The notes: generated by a model not told the origin, from the letters alone. DNA of 64,000 nt from Neoechinorhynchus agilis (GCA_051530055.1 CM121341.1:1798001-1862000), one strand, 5' to 3'. Shown: positions 50,916 through 64,000, numbered from the stretch's first letter. A program made the numbers and translations.

Positions 50916-51826
50916 AGAAGACTGTTGGAAACTCATGAGCGGCGTGAAATTTATATGTTGTCTTCATAGGGAAGTCTTGCCGTATCCATATCTTGGATTT
51001 TGATACACAGGAGTACTTTTTAAAGGAAATCTTCACATTTTCTACCACGTCCTCCTTAAGCCTTTTGTAATATGCCTAAATTTAAGCCCAAATACTTAAT
51101 GAAAAATATCACACTTTTCGCTTCCTTTATTTGTAAAATATAGATTTTGCAAAACTCTATCAGCATCAATGTTCATTTGAAGCAATCGGGTGTGCTACCT
51201 CCATAACCCAATCACAATTGTTTAGCGAACGAAAAACACACAGCGTTTAACGTCTCTTTGAATGTAACATCTTCTTTCCCCTTTTGCTTCTCTTGATCTC
51301 CGGTGCTTCTAGTTGAGATTTCGATTGGTCCAATCTGACTGGCAAATCAGCATCTTCTTGTTTTCGCCCTTCTTCGGACTTCTTTATCCTATGGCTGTCC
51401 TCATCAGAACTAAAGAAAGAAAATTGTTAGAACATTTTTCCAATTTTTACCGAACACGAAACGTATTTTTAAATGTTATTGCAACTGTCCATAATTTCCT
51501 AGATTTTTTATTATTTATATGACGCTGAATTTTTTTAAAGAATGTAATAAGTAAATCTTTAGAATCGCAGTTTACTTAAATCGGCAACACTTTTAGTTGG
51601 TGCTAACGGTTAATCGGTCATTTTATTGACCTAATGTAACCCTTCCTCGGAAATTAGATATCTAAATCGATCGAATAAATTTATAATTAAACTTTAGCGC
51701 TTTGCCGATAGCTACGGCGAGCGCGAGGGATGATTTTCACTTTCAGATCATTCCGGTTTTGCTAAATTTCGAATGATATCTGACTCGTTTGCAAAGTTCC
51801 ACGCTCATTGCCGCACTCTTTATGAG

Positions 51827-52171
51827 ATGTCTGATGATTTCGAAACGTTCGTCGGTCAATTGCCTTCGACGTCAAATAACTCTCCACCGGCAACTGCGTC
51901 TTCACAATCAAGGTTGAACGCTTTAAATCAAGACCTTGTCCAGAGTTTGATGGAAGCAATTCTCGCCGATAATGTATCGAAAAATAAATGCGACAAAGTC
52001 AAACTGTCATCGGAGGCAATAATCGCTTATACGGCAGCGATTAATTTGATTACCGATGAGCTAATTGCTAGAAGCGTTGATTGCCGTTGTGCTGAGGGTA
52101 ATGGAAGTAATAATGAACTGAATGAAAGCCATCTTTTCTCGGTTATGGCGCAAGTTCTGTTTGATGTATGA
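51827..52171 (+). CDS. CENPX: CENP-X/MHF2-like histone-fold protein (alternative upstream ATG at 51773)
   Basis: LVQSLM..VKLSSEAIIAYTAAINLITDELIARS..LNESHLFSVMAQVLFDV aligns by eye with CENP-X (LVSRLL..TKVSGDAL..FVVEAAVR..VDVDQLEKVLPQLLLDF). Confidence 0.55.
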   Translation: MSDDFETFVGQLPSTSNNSPPATASSQSRLNALNQDLVQSLMEAILADNVSKNKCDKVKLSSEAIIAYTAAINLITDELIARSVDCRCAEGNGSNNELNESHLFSVMAQVLFDV

Positions 52172-52261
52172 ACTGTTATTACATTTCAATTAAAGTGGAT
52201 GCAAAAAAACGGTTTTGAGTTAATTTCGGATGAAAAGCTTTTAATCGTCCTCGTTTAAGAT

Positions 52262-54052
<1,791 letters not shown>

Positions 54053-54388
54053 GTATTCGTTTTTGGATGGATTCTAAGGAAACAAAGTAGACCGTTTCCC
54101 GAACCCATTTTTTGCTCTTTTAATCTTGAAATAATTTATTTGATGGGCGATTAATAGCGTAAACTAAAGATTCTCATTGAATAAAAACTCATTATTATGA
54201 AAAACATATTTTGAATTCGGTGTCAATTAGAAATTGTTTGCCAACCGTCTTTTTATTACGTCTACTAACGAAAAAATCCAGAAACTTCACGATTTTCCTG
54301 TTCGTTTTCTAAAAAAAATTAGAATCGAGTGAATTATTTGCTCTTTACAACAAAAGCGATATTTTTACACGATTCAAACGGCGATGTG

Positions 54389-55553
54389 TTATTGTTCGTT
54401 TTGCGACTGCTGCTGCTGTTCATTATTGAACATTTGAGCTATAAGCGCATTGCTAGACTGCTGCTGTCCACCGCCGCCGAAACCAAAAGAAGGTAGACTG
54501 ATGGTATTTAGGGCATTAAAAGCGGCAGCGTACAGATTCTGTTGTTGTTGCTGTTGAAAAACCCAATTATTGGGAAAGTCCTGCTGAATTGGTGCTGGTT
54601 GTTGAAGAGTTTCTTCTTTGATTTCATTGGTTCTCAGTTTTCCCAAACATTTAAGTAGATCATTATACGCCGTCCGATATTCGTCGACCTGAGTATTACA
54701 TGAGATCTTTTTCAGTGCTTCTAACCGTTTTTTAACTTCTGGATGTTCAACTAAATGTTCACTTGATTGAATAGTAACGCAACACATAGCTTCATGTTCC
54801 TTCGTGGCCATATACCGATAAATCATATGTTTGATTAAACTGGTGGTATTCACGAAATTGGACACTGGCCGGGCGACAACACTCCTTTGTACCCGTTTAA
54901 CCACGTCCGCATACTCGTTTCTCATTCGTCCTCTGAACTCACTCGATACTTCGTCGTCGTCTTCTTCTAAATCAATCAATGACACGAATACTCGTTCGTC
55001 CCGAAGAATATCTTCTACTGGTATAAGCCCATGACGCATCTTCATTCTTTCTATGATCGCATTATATTCATTAATAAGACTGGCATGGTCTTCTTCTCCT
55101 TGTGGTTCCGGTTGGATCGGGTCACCGAGAGCACGTCGCTTTCCACCGCCGTCGCAATCAACGCGATCCAACTCTTCACGGATCAAACTTTCAAAATCGA
55201 GATCATCGTTGCGGTTGTACCTATGCGTTTGCTGCTGTTGTTGCTGCTGCTGCTGCTGTTGGTAGTGGTGGTGGTGGTGGTGGTAATCGTCAATAACATG
55301 CTGATCGATGATCGATACCTCGTCGGGGACAGTTGGAGCGTCAAGGTCCCGGTATGCACGTTTCTTGTTCTTCGTTGGAGACCGACGGCGGTGGTGGTAA
55401 TGATTGTGGTGGTGGTGGTGGTGATGGTGCCGTCTACGGTCAACTGACGACGTCGATTCAGCCAACGTTAGACCAGGCGGGTGAAGCGGACCGACTTCTT
55501 GGTGCCGAAAACTACTTTCCAAGTTCAAACGGTCTTCAGTCGTCAAAAACGCA
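54389..55553 (-). CDS. Unknown protein with His and Gln tracts; probably the last exon of a gene starting near 56080
   Basis: 385-aa open frame without an ATG start, preceded by a CAG acceptor (55556-55554); P/Q/Y-rich upstream ORF at 55783-56142. Confidence 0.7.
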
Positions 55554-57054
55554 CTGTTTATGCATCGGTGGCCAACGAAAACAAACGGAGAAAAGTTTGA
55601 AGGGTTTTAAAAATGCCATCATGCGCTCCATAACAATCAGTTTCAAAAGGTGCAAGAAAGAGCGGTTCGGCCGTGACTATAAAAAGGAACTAGTAAATAT
55701 GAGAATCCGATGAGAGCAAAGAACTTATGTCTGTCGCCATTCTCAGCGAGCTCTCGTCGGCATGAGAGTTAAAAGAAAAAAACTAACAAAAATCCGCCAC
55801 TACCACGACAAGAGCACATTGGCCTCCAACGTGCTTTAAGAACTCATGAGGAATTCTGCGTCTTCTTTGAACCGATATTCTTTGATTAAGCGCGGGTCGC
55901 TGCTGTTCCCAACTTCTAGGAGCATAATACGAATTAAGTGGAGGCGCATATTGCTGATCGTTGAACATTCCGTGAAACCGGTAGCTTTGTTGATTCGACT
56001 GGATTCTCGGTCCGAATTGGTGCCTAATAGGACGCAAATATACATCTGGACCTGGCGGGAAACGAGGATCTTGATGGGTCATTTCGTTATGAGTAAGGAA
56101 GTTCGAAGAGTTTTCGCGGATAACGTGATTCTTCCGCGACACTCTATGACGTGTTCCGAAATAGTGGAAGATTCTTCCGTATGTAGTCTATGACGTGTAC
56201 TAAAGTTTTTATATCCCGCGCCGGGAATATTTAGATTACACGCGAGCGGTTGTGTGCGTCGTCACGAAATATCGGATTCTGATAAATCACTTCAATTTTT
56301 TCCGAATGCTCGAGCAAAATTGTAGTATTTTTTCCATATGTCCATTTGACCGTGTATGGAAAAAAGACTACCGGCAGAGCCACACTTATAAAACATTCTA
56401 AGAAATTGAAGTAATTTATCAAAGAAAAAATCTGGTGCAAAGTGTTATTTAGAAAATCTTCCTTTGGTAAATAATTTTTTTATTAAAATTCATCATCAGC
56501 TTGTTCTTTAAAGACTATCTTTAGCACCAACATTATGGCAATATTAACTTTTGTAGGAATAAAATTCACTTTTATTCATATCTCGCTCTCAACAAAACCA
56601 ACTATGGACAACATCTTTACATTGGACACGATGGTGTGTCTCCGAAATATCGGGAAAAGATAAACAATTCAGAATTTAAACGAAATTTGAATCGCAAATT
56701 TTTAATGACGCTTACAATTAACGTTTAATATGGTGCTAATCGACATGTGGGACATCGATTCTCACAAACATTGAGATAAAATAGTTTCGTGTATTCTAAG
56801 GAAATTTAATGGAAAATCACACTTTTCAATGGGTCTAATCGATTATTAATAATAATTCGTGATATGTCTATAAAGTCGAAACATTCCCACGTTTATGGAA
56901 TGACCTTTAAAGAGCTCAATATAAAACAATCTAAGCTTTTAAGCCTAGCCAAAACTCTAAGGTTTTTAATTAATTTTTTCACGATTTCGTGCCATCGGGG
57001 AATCGGCTCTTAAACTCAACAAATTTGTCACAGGTTGAATCTAATAATTTTCCT

Positions 57055-57185
57055 GATTGAACTGGACGTTAAACTCCCGGGTCATCCGGCCAACGATGAT
57101 GAAGAGAAAATGAAAGGTGCAACTTATGAAGTTCTGGCTGAAATTCTCAAGCGGATATTACCTAACAAATTCAACGATCAATGTA
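57055..57185 (+). pseudogene. SSRP1: 131-bp copy of SSRP1 exon 2 (50309-50439)
   Basis: Two substitutions seen (ggc/ggt, cag/cgg); flanks unrelated to SSRP1. Confidence 0.9.
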
Positions 57186-57468
57186 TGATCCATTCCAATA
57201 CTACCTTTAATACCCTTATAATATTCTCAAAAATCGATTCGTTTCAATGCACGGAAAATTCGTGAGTTCCCACTCATTACGTTTATTCAAGCTGGTTGAA
57301 ATGTTTTTCTCTCGATGGCCACGATTGTTGAGAAAGGAGATGCCTTGCGTGAAAATATTTTAATAACTGATCTTTCCACTTCATAGAAAAAGAAAGAAGA
57401 TTTCTTTTGCGATGTTTTTTCTCTCTCGAAAAAGCTCAAAGAACAAAAATCTTGGAATAATTCAGGAA

Positions 57469-58790
57469 ATATAATTTTGGTGAACATACTCCCGGTCATA
57501 ACCTATTTGATTTTGATTTATTTAAGATATTTCGAAGGAGGTAACTTCGCCTCACCAGTCATCTAAAAATATGTTTTTACCACTCAGGTTTTAAGCTCGA
57601 GTGCACGGGATAGCCAAACCCGAAGCTCGGGGCCAATTATCCGACTACGTTTTTTCCATGATTTTAGCATTAATTTTTTAAACGTCGCTGGCTGGAAGTC
57701 TCAAGCTAAAATTAGCTTTATTTCCTTCGATCGTGTTGGACACAGCGATGTGTAAGGCCTCCAAAACAAGCCGCCTTTTTAAGTTTTGTTCTATTTCTAT
57801 AAAGTCGGTGCCACCAAAATCCACTCGATGCTTACATGTCTCTTGATGATTAGAGATTGCCGACGAATGCTAAAATCGACTGCAGACTTGCTTATGTTGA
57901 GCGACCCTCTTCTCGATGCCTTGCATCGTTTGTCCGATATAGACTTTCTCACACTGTTCACAGTGCATTCGGTAGATCCCATGAGTCAGCTCAATTCTAC
58001 CCTTCCTCTTGAATGTGCTTCTGAGAGCGATTCCTTTAGTATTGTATAGACGAATTCCAGCCTTCTTAACTTATAATGGAGTAAATCATTTGATTCGTGT
58101 CATATCAATGAAGTGCACTCTTTCGAAGCATACAGGCTCTGCAGACGATTTTTTGTTGTTTTGCGGATGATAGTTTCTGCCTCTGATTCCACGGTCTATA
58201 ATCCATTTGGAATATCCCCTCATTTTTAGCTCCTGGACTATCCTCTCCCTTTCCTTACTCCACGCCAATCGAGTAGATGAGATAAGAAAAGCTCTTCGGA
58301 AGGAGGACATTACAACCGAGATTTTATACTTCATCGGTTTTTGAGTTGACCAGTGTGGTGGTCCGCATAGTAGATTCTCCTTACGATAAAGTGACGTGCC
58401 AACTTTGCCTTGTGCCGACCGCTTTACCAGGACGTCCAGGAAAGAGACATCACCGTTGTTGTTCTCTTCTTTGAATGTCCACTGTATGTGTGGATCTTGA
58501 TTGTTAAGTTCAGCATTTAGTAAATCTCTGTTGTTGTTTGAATAAGTCAAAATGAATACATCGTCCACATAACGCCACCGCCGATTTACATGACTATGAA
58601 GCTCCAAGAAAATGTACTCGCAATGCCGCATGTAAATGTCGGCCAAGGTCGGGGCAATCTCTAATCATCAAGAGACATGTAAACATCGAGCGGATTTTGG
58701 TGGCACCAACTTACTCGCGAAATATTTTCAATAAATCAAAATCAAATAGGTTATGACCGGGAGTATGTTCACCAAAATTATATTTTGACT
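57469..58790 (-). mobile_element. Penelope-like element family 1, 5'-truncated (RT end, GIY-YIG, 3' UTR/pLTR) with an inverted deleted copy of its 3' end at 58650-58790
   Basis: APTLADIYM, RWRYVDDVF, FLDVLV; GIYRMHCEQCEKVYIGQT, HRVDF, KRRLVLEALHI; 57469-57524 is the reverse complement of ~58731-58786. Confidence 0.88.
57523..57562 (-). ncRNA. Degenerate PLE-type minimal hammerhead in the pLTR
   Basis: AUGA-CUGGUGA-GGCGAAGUUACCUCCUUC-GAAA-UA-UC-UUA; one core change (A6G) and a broken stem II. Confidence 0.5.
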
Positions 58791-58824
58791 TACCCGAAAG
58801 ATTTTCTATCGATGACTTCAGGAA

Positions 58825-60572
58825 ATGTTTGTGTTAAAAGCATTAAACCGTAGAATTTTATTTGTTGTTTATTTTTTAGATAAATGCCTGATTCCGTAAC
58901 ACAACTCTTTGAATACTTCACGGAATCATCGATAGAAAATCCTTCGGGTTAGTCAAAGTATAATTTTGGTGAAAATGCTCCCGGGTTACACATTTAAAAC
59001 TTACAAGCAATGACTGATGAGTCGAGGTTACCTCGGGAAATATCTCCAATAAATCAAATATACTATTACCGGGAGTATTTTCACCCAAATTATGCTTCTA
59101 TAGATGTTTGTGTTAAAAGCATCAAACAGTAGAATTTTATTTGTTGTTTATTTTTCAGATAAATGCCTGATTCCGTAACACAACTCTTTGAATACTTCAG
59201 GGAATCATCGATAGAAAATCCTCCGGGTTAGTCAAAGTATAATTTTGGTGAAAATGCTCCCGGGTTACACATTTAAAACTTACAAGCAATGACTGATGAG
59301 TCGAGGTTACCTCGGGAAATATCTCCAATAAATCAAATATACTATTACCGGGAGTATTTTCACCCAAATTATGCTTCTATAGATGTTTGTGTTAAAAGCA
59401 TCAAACAGTAGAATTTTATTTGTTGTTTATTTTTCAGATAAATGCCTGATTCCGTAACACAACTCTTTGAATACTTCAGGGAATCATCGATAGAAAATCC
59501 TCCGGGTTAGTCAAAGTATAATTTTGGTGAAAATGCTCCCGGGTTACACATTTAAAACTTACAAGCAATGACTGATGAGTCGAGGTTACCTCGGGAAATA
59601 TCTCCAATAAATCAAATATACTATTACCGGGAGTATTTTCACCCAAATTATGCTTCTATAGATGTTTGTGTTAAAAGCATCAAACAGTAGAATTTTATTT
59701 GTTGTTTATTTTTCAGATAAATGCCTGATTCCGTAACACAACTCTTTGAATACTTCAGGGAATCATCGATAGAAAACCTTGTTAGTCAAAGTATAATTTT
59801 GGTGAAAATCTCCCGGGTTACTTTAAAACTTACAACAATGACTGATGAGTCGAGGTTACCTCGGGAAATATCTCCAATAAATCAAATATACTATTACCGG
59901 GAGTATTTTCACCCAAATTATGCTTCTATAGATGTTTGTGTTAAAAGCATCAAACAGTAGAATTTTATTTGTTGTTTATTTTTCAGATAAATGCCTGATT
60001 CCGTAACACAACTCTTTGAATACTTCAGGGAATCATCGATAGAAAATCCTCCGGGTTAGTCAAAGTATAATTTTGGTGAAAATGCTCCCGGGTTACACAT
60101 TTAAAACTTACAAGCAATGACTGATGAGTCGAGGTTACCTCGGGAAATATCTCCAATAAATCAAATATACTATTACCGGGAGTATTTTCACCCAAATTAT
60201 GCTTCTATAGATGTTTGTGTTAAAAGCATCAAACAGTAGAATTTTATTTGTTGTTTATTTTTCAGATAAATGCCTGATTCCGTAACACAACTCTTTGAAT
60301 ACTTCAGGGAATCATCGATAGAAAATCCTTCGGGTTAGTCAAAGTATAATTTTGGTGAAAATGCTCCCGGGTTACACATTTAAAACTTACAAGCAATGAC
60401 TGATGAGTCGAGGTTACCTCGGGAAATATCTCCAATAAATCAAATATACTATTACCGGGAGTATTTTCACCCAAATTATGCTTCTATAGATGTTTGTGTT
60501 AAAAGCATCAAACAGTAGAATTTTATTTGTTGTTTATTTTTTAGATAAATGCCTGATTCCGTAACACAACTC
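58825..60572 (+). repeat. Tandem array D: six 279-bp units (one 270) plus a seventh copy of the 83-bp MED21 5' segment
   Basis: atgcctgattcc at 58884, 59163, 59442, 59721, 59991, 60270 and 60549. Confidence 0.97.
59011..59046 (+). ncRNA. PLE-type minimal type I hammerhead (cores also at 59293, 59572, 59842, 60121, 60400)
   Basis: UGA-CUGAUGA-G-UCGAGG-UUA-CCUCGG-GAAA-UA-UC-UC; palindromic AUAU stem III; stem I only 2 bp by eye. Confidence 0.62.
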
Positions 60573-60959
60573 CAACTCCTCTTTAGCAAGCAAATAGAAC
60601 TGATGTGCAACACAATTGGATCTTCCCTACTAAAACAAGTACAATCGACCCCAAATGGAACCGAATCCCCAACGACAGCGTCCATACAAATCCATACTCT
60701 GATCTCAAATGCAGTTGCTATAAAAGAAATAATAGAGAAATTACCTGATGCTCCTGAACGAAGGAGTGTCGACAGCCTTCACGCCGAGTTTTCCGAAGCA
60801 CAAGAAGCAACGAATGTAGTTCAGAAGGAATTGACAGATCTAAGAGACAACATCCATAAAATGCGAATGAGCATTGAGAAGTCCTTGGATTTTTTCGGAC
60901 GTGATGTAGAACTTAATGGAAAAGCCAAGCGAAACGATAATAATGATTCACAAACTTAG
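60549..60959 (+). CDS. MED21: Mediator subunit 21 (Srb7)
   Basis: MPDSVTQLQ..LMCNTIG and ISNAVAIKEIIEKLP resemble MADRLTQLQ..FCNAIG and IARTAKDIDVLIDSLP; C-terminal coiled coil; 136 aa. Confidence 0.75.
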   Translation: MPDSVTQLQLLFSKQIELMCNTIGSSLLKQVQSTPNGTESPTTASIQIHTLISNAVAIKEIIEKLPDAPERRSVDSLHAEFSEAQEATNVVQKELTDLRDNIHKMRMSIEKSLDFFGRDVELNGKAKRNDNNDSQT

Positions 60960-61690
60960 ACTAATTTTTGCCTTAGTCATTTTAGGCAAACATATACAGA
61001 ACGAACTTTTAGTTGACGATCGCAATTTTTAAAAACCCGATAAAATCTAAAGTAGAAACGTTCATCGATGCATTTGTTGATTGCATTTGATCTTTGGGAA
61101 AACAACCCAAACTAAGATGCAACGTGCCTTTAAAACGGAATAATAATTCGAGTGCTTGAGATCTTTTGATACAAAGATACTTTCAACTTCCTTTAAATTT
61201 AGAACCTAAAATGTAAAATTGCAAATACAAAAAATCTGAATAAAAGCGAAGCCCAAATCTTTTGTATTATTGTCAGAAAGTTAAAATATTATTGAAAGAA
61301 AAGACGAGTTATTGAAGCGGACAACGATGTTTTTATTAAGCAAAACACCCGACATTTTTTAGGCTTTCTTAGTTTTGACCCCTTTTCTCAAAACAAAAAC
61401 CTAAGTTTTTTAACTATCGCAAAACCAATTTTGCGCAGATTCGATAAAAATTAAGCCCTAATGGATTTATAGTTCAAGAACACAAAAGTGTACCAGAAGG
61501 TGAAAAAAAGTTGCTAATGGTTCCTTTGAGAGAAACTCTTAAAAACCCAGTTTCCATTCCAATCGCCATCATTCTATTTTGTTGTTGTATATATTGAACA
61601 CACACGACGTCTCTCGCTGCCACCCGATGTGTTCAAAATCACTCACGCGTACTCACTCGTTTATATCTCATTGTGTTGACCACGGTCACT

Positions 61691-64000
61691 TTAGTTGAAG
61701 TAGAAGCCCTTCTCCAAAGACGCACTAAGGAGTCGATCTTTAACTTCCTCTGGGCTTCGATACTCGGGCAACTTAAGAAAGTGGTTGCATGTGTTAACGG
61801 ACGGATATCCTCCGTTTGACTTTCTAGCCACTGTGAGTCGTGGAACGAGTGCGGAGATGCCTCCTATCGGCAACGCCTTGCTACCGGTGATGAACTGCAC
61901 AACACTAGCACGCTCGGGTGGTGTCATGAGCATCATTGCGTCCAAAAAGTAAATAAAAGCCGCACTGTCTGGGTTATATCCATTTTTAGGATCAACACAG
62001 GCGATCAGTTCGTCTCTGGTCCATTCAGGATAACGCTCTCCACAAACAGCTAATAGGAAATCCTCCGGTGTAAATATTTCGAGAACCGATAAATCAACAC
62101 AAAGAACTTGTTTAAGACCTTCTACGAGTGATTCAATTTGAGCTCGAACTCCGTCGTAAAGCATAAAATTCGCGAGACATACTACGTACTCATCGAGAGT
62201 CTCATTCCGTATGATTTCTTCGGCCGGGTGTTCATCACTTATTGGACACATTGTGAATCCGTATGAATTAGATTGTGGATAGTAAGCAAAGTTTATACAC
62301 ATTTGTTCAATGTCGGTCTGCATTGACTGTTCTTTGAGTTTAACAAGACTCGAAGCGTACGCGTGATCAATGCGGGATATCCGATAGATGGCATCATCGA
62401 CATCACTGATTCGTTCTTCCCCATTGAATTGACGATCGTTAACACAAGGACAAAACCGCTCAACGAGTTCAATACTAAGATCGAGATCGCAGAATCGTTG
62501 ATCTAGCAAGCATTTTCCTAGCAGAACTCCAATACAGTGATAGTACCGGTTCACCATGTCAAGGCACATGTATTTTGGATATGGAGCCGGAAATAGATTT
62601 TGAGGATGAACACACCCGCCTGAATCCCCATTCACGTTAGAAAGCCAAAGACCGAGTTTAGCGCGCTGTAGCTCATGAGAGTATAGCGTGTAAAACTCGA
62701 GGGTTGGTCCGAGACCTGTACCTTCTTCTCCATGCCACAGAACTTCCAATTCAGATTTGTGACGGGCATGATATTCAAACACGAGACTGCCTTGCTCAAG
62801 AAGAAGATCGGGATCACGATGAACCCAGAAACGTTCATGCCTCAATCGTCCTACGGATCTCGAGTAATTAAAATCAGCTGAATCGCCAGATTTACCCAAC
62901 AGCCAGATCATCGATCGCGTTGTGCCGAATCCCATGGCTCTAACCAAATTCATCCTGTTTGTGAGAGAAAACAGAAAAGGATGTTGTTTGACCAGTTCAA
63001 CAAGTGGTTGTGGAATGCACCCGCCTGCAACGATCAAAGCTTGCTTTAGTTGTTCGTCTAGAATGCGAGATAAGCGTTCGCTCAAAAAACAGTCTGTCCA
63101 TCCTTCACGTTGAGCATAGGTTGTACTAAGAACAAAAGAGTATACCCTTCGGAGAATTACGTAGATTAGTTCATTAAATGCGGCCGACTTATCCTGCACG
63201 AGAGCATTTAGAGAAACAGCATTCAATTTGGTTTGAGATGGTGAATCTGTAGGAAGTGTGTATTGGATACAGACCGCATCTTCCCAAATTCGAGTGTATT
63301 CCGCCGTGACTTTATCTGGAGTGGATTGTTCCGCTCGAATTAGGCTGTCAACGAAGAACAGCAGAGGACGGTCAGGATCTGTTAGAGGAATTCGCAAAGC
63401 AGAATCTCCGAATCGTGTACTCAAATACATGTCCATTCTACGCCGCTGACTAGTTGGAGGAAGTTCTCGAGTTCTGGAGAGGTCGTCAACCATTGTTTCC
63501 ATTGGAACATCAGTATATATACCCACGTTTGTTCGTCCGGGCCTTGGATCGAACGCCGGAGCAAGAGCGCGAGATTTTCGATTAATTTCATTTCCAAAAA
63601 GATTGCTACTGCCATTATCACAAAACATTTGATAATCGTATTCGTCACCCATTATACGCGACAAATATGATGCCGGAAAAGCTTCCCGGAACCGCTGCCG
63701 ACGTTGTCGTCGTTGATCTGCAGAGTAGGCGATGCCTGTTACACGCCGACTTGGATCATTTCGCCTAATCGCTGGTCCTCGCGAATCTGGGGCATCCGTT
63801 ACAGGTGTCGGCATCGTGGGTGGGAACTCCGGATCGTCAATATCCTCATCAGTAGCTTCGTCTTCTTCCTCTTCATCATCTTCCTCATCATCATCGTCTT
63901 CCTCTGCTTCTTCGTCAAGGTCATCATGAACCGATTGAACAGCTACTGCTGCTGCCGCCGCCGCAGTGGTCGAGCCTACAGCAGCACTGGCTAACGTACC
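61691..64000 (-). CDS. HECTD1: HECTD1-type HECT E3 ligase, C-terminal part (frame open to the window end)
   Basis: FGTTRSMIWL, VGRLRHER, GEEGTGLGPTLEFY, YPSVNTCNHFLKLPEY..EKGFYFN; acidic tract upstream in the same frame. Confidence 0.9.
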   Translation of the reverse strand, partial: GTLASAAVGSTTAAAAAAVAVQSVHDDLDEEAEEDDDDEEDDEEEEDEATDEDIDDPEFPPTMPTPVTDAPDSRGPAIRRNDPSRRVTGIAYSADQRRQRRQRFREAFPASYLSRIMGDEYDYQMFCDNGSSNLFGNEINRKSRALAPAFDPRPGRTNVGIYTDVPMETMVDDLSRTRELPPTSQRRRMDMYLSTRFGDSALRIPLTDPDRPLLFFVDSLIRAEQSTPDKVTAEYTRIWEDAVCIQYTLPTDSPSQTKLNAVSLNALVQDKSAAFNELIYVILRRVYSFVLSTTYAQREGWTDCFLSERLSRILDEQLKQALIVAGGCIPQPLVELVKQHPFLFSLTNRMNLVRAMGFGTTRSMIWLLGKSGDSADFNYSRSVGRLRHERFWVHRDPDLLLEQGSLVFEYHARHKSELEVLWHGEEGTGLGPTLEFYTLYSHELQRAKLGLWLSNVNGDSGGCVHPQNLFPAPYPKYMCLDMVNRYYHCIGVLLGKCLLDQRFCDLDLSIELVERFCPCVNDRQFNGEERISDVDDAIYRISRIDHAYASSLVKLKEQSMQTDIEQMCINFAYYPQSNSYGFTMCPISDEHPAEEIIRNETLDEYVVCLANFMLYDGVRAQIESLVEGLKQVLCVDLSVLEIFTPEDFLLAVCGERYPEWTRDELIACVDPKNGYNPDSAAFIYFLDAMMLMTPPERASVVQFITGSKALPIGGISALVPRLTVARKSNGGYPSVNTCNHFLKLPEYRSPEEVKDRLLSASLEKGFYFN

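Noticed and set aside
55031-55447. Poly-L/V/C/T ORFs overlapping the His/Gln gene (also 63704-63994)
   Set aside because: Antisense or alternative-frame shadows of trinucleotide repeats.
59221-59255. Spliced-leader RNA gene (GG/GTTAGT donor plus AATTTTGG Sm-like site) in array D
   Set aside because: The Sm-like site is only ~13 nt from the donor, and the segment is antisense PLE end sequence.

Overview
AT-rich, compact eukaryotic (probably animal) genomic window with a gene-dense last third and a transposon/satellite-rich remainder. Recognisable genes: U1A/U2B''/SNF, a 5'-only RRM2 fragment, SSRP1 (no HMG box visible), a CENP-X/MHF2-like histone fold, METTL15/RsmH, MED21 and HECTD1 (runs off the window), plus several unknown ORFs. 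Most introns are 43-64 nt. There are five tandem arrays (87, ~142, 139, 104 and 279 bp units) and remnants of CRE-clade, RTE, two APE-type LINE and two Penelope-like (PLE) families, plus MITE-like hairpins. The most notable signal is ribozyme-related. (1) A ~383-bp tRNA-headed (Pol III A/B box) repeat carries a hammerhead whose three core strands occur in a non-circularly permuted order; one copy is intact (13774-13843, minus) and stems covary between copies. (2) PLE-type minimal hammerheads occur in both PLE remnants and in six tandem units interleaved with seven copies of the MED21 5' end. All folds were done by eye and none is computed or tested. The species cannot be identified from this window, and the right half of the 104-bp array looks like noisy consensus.
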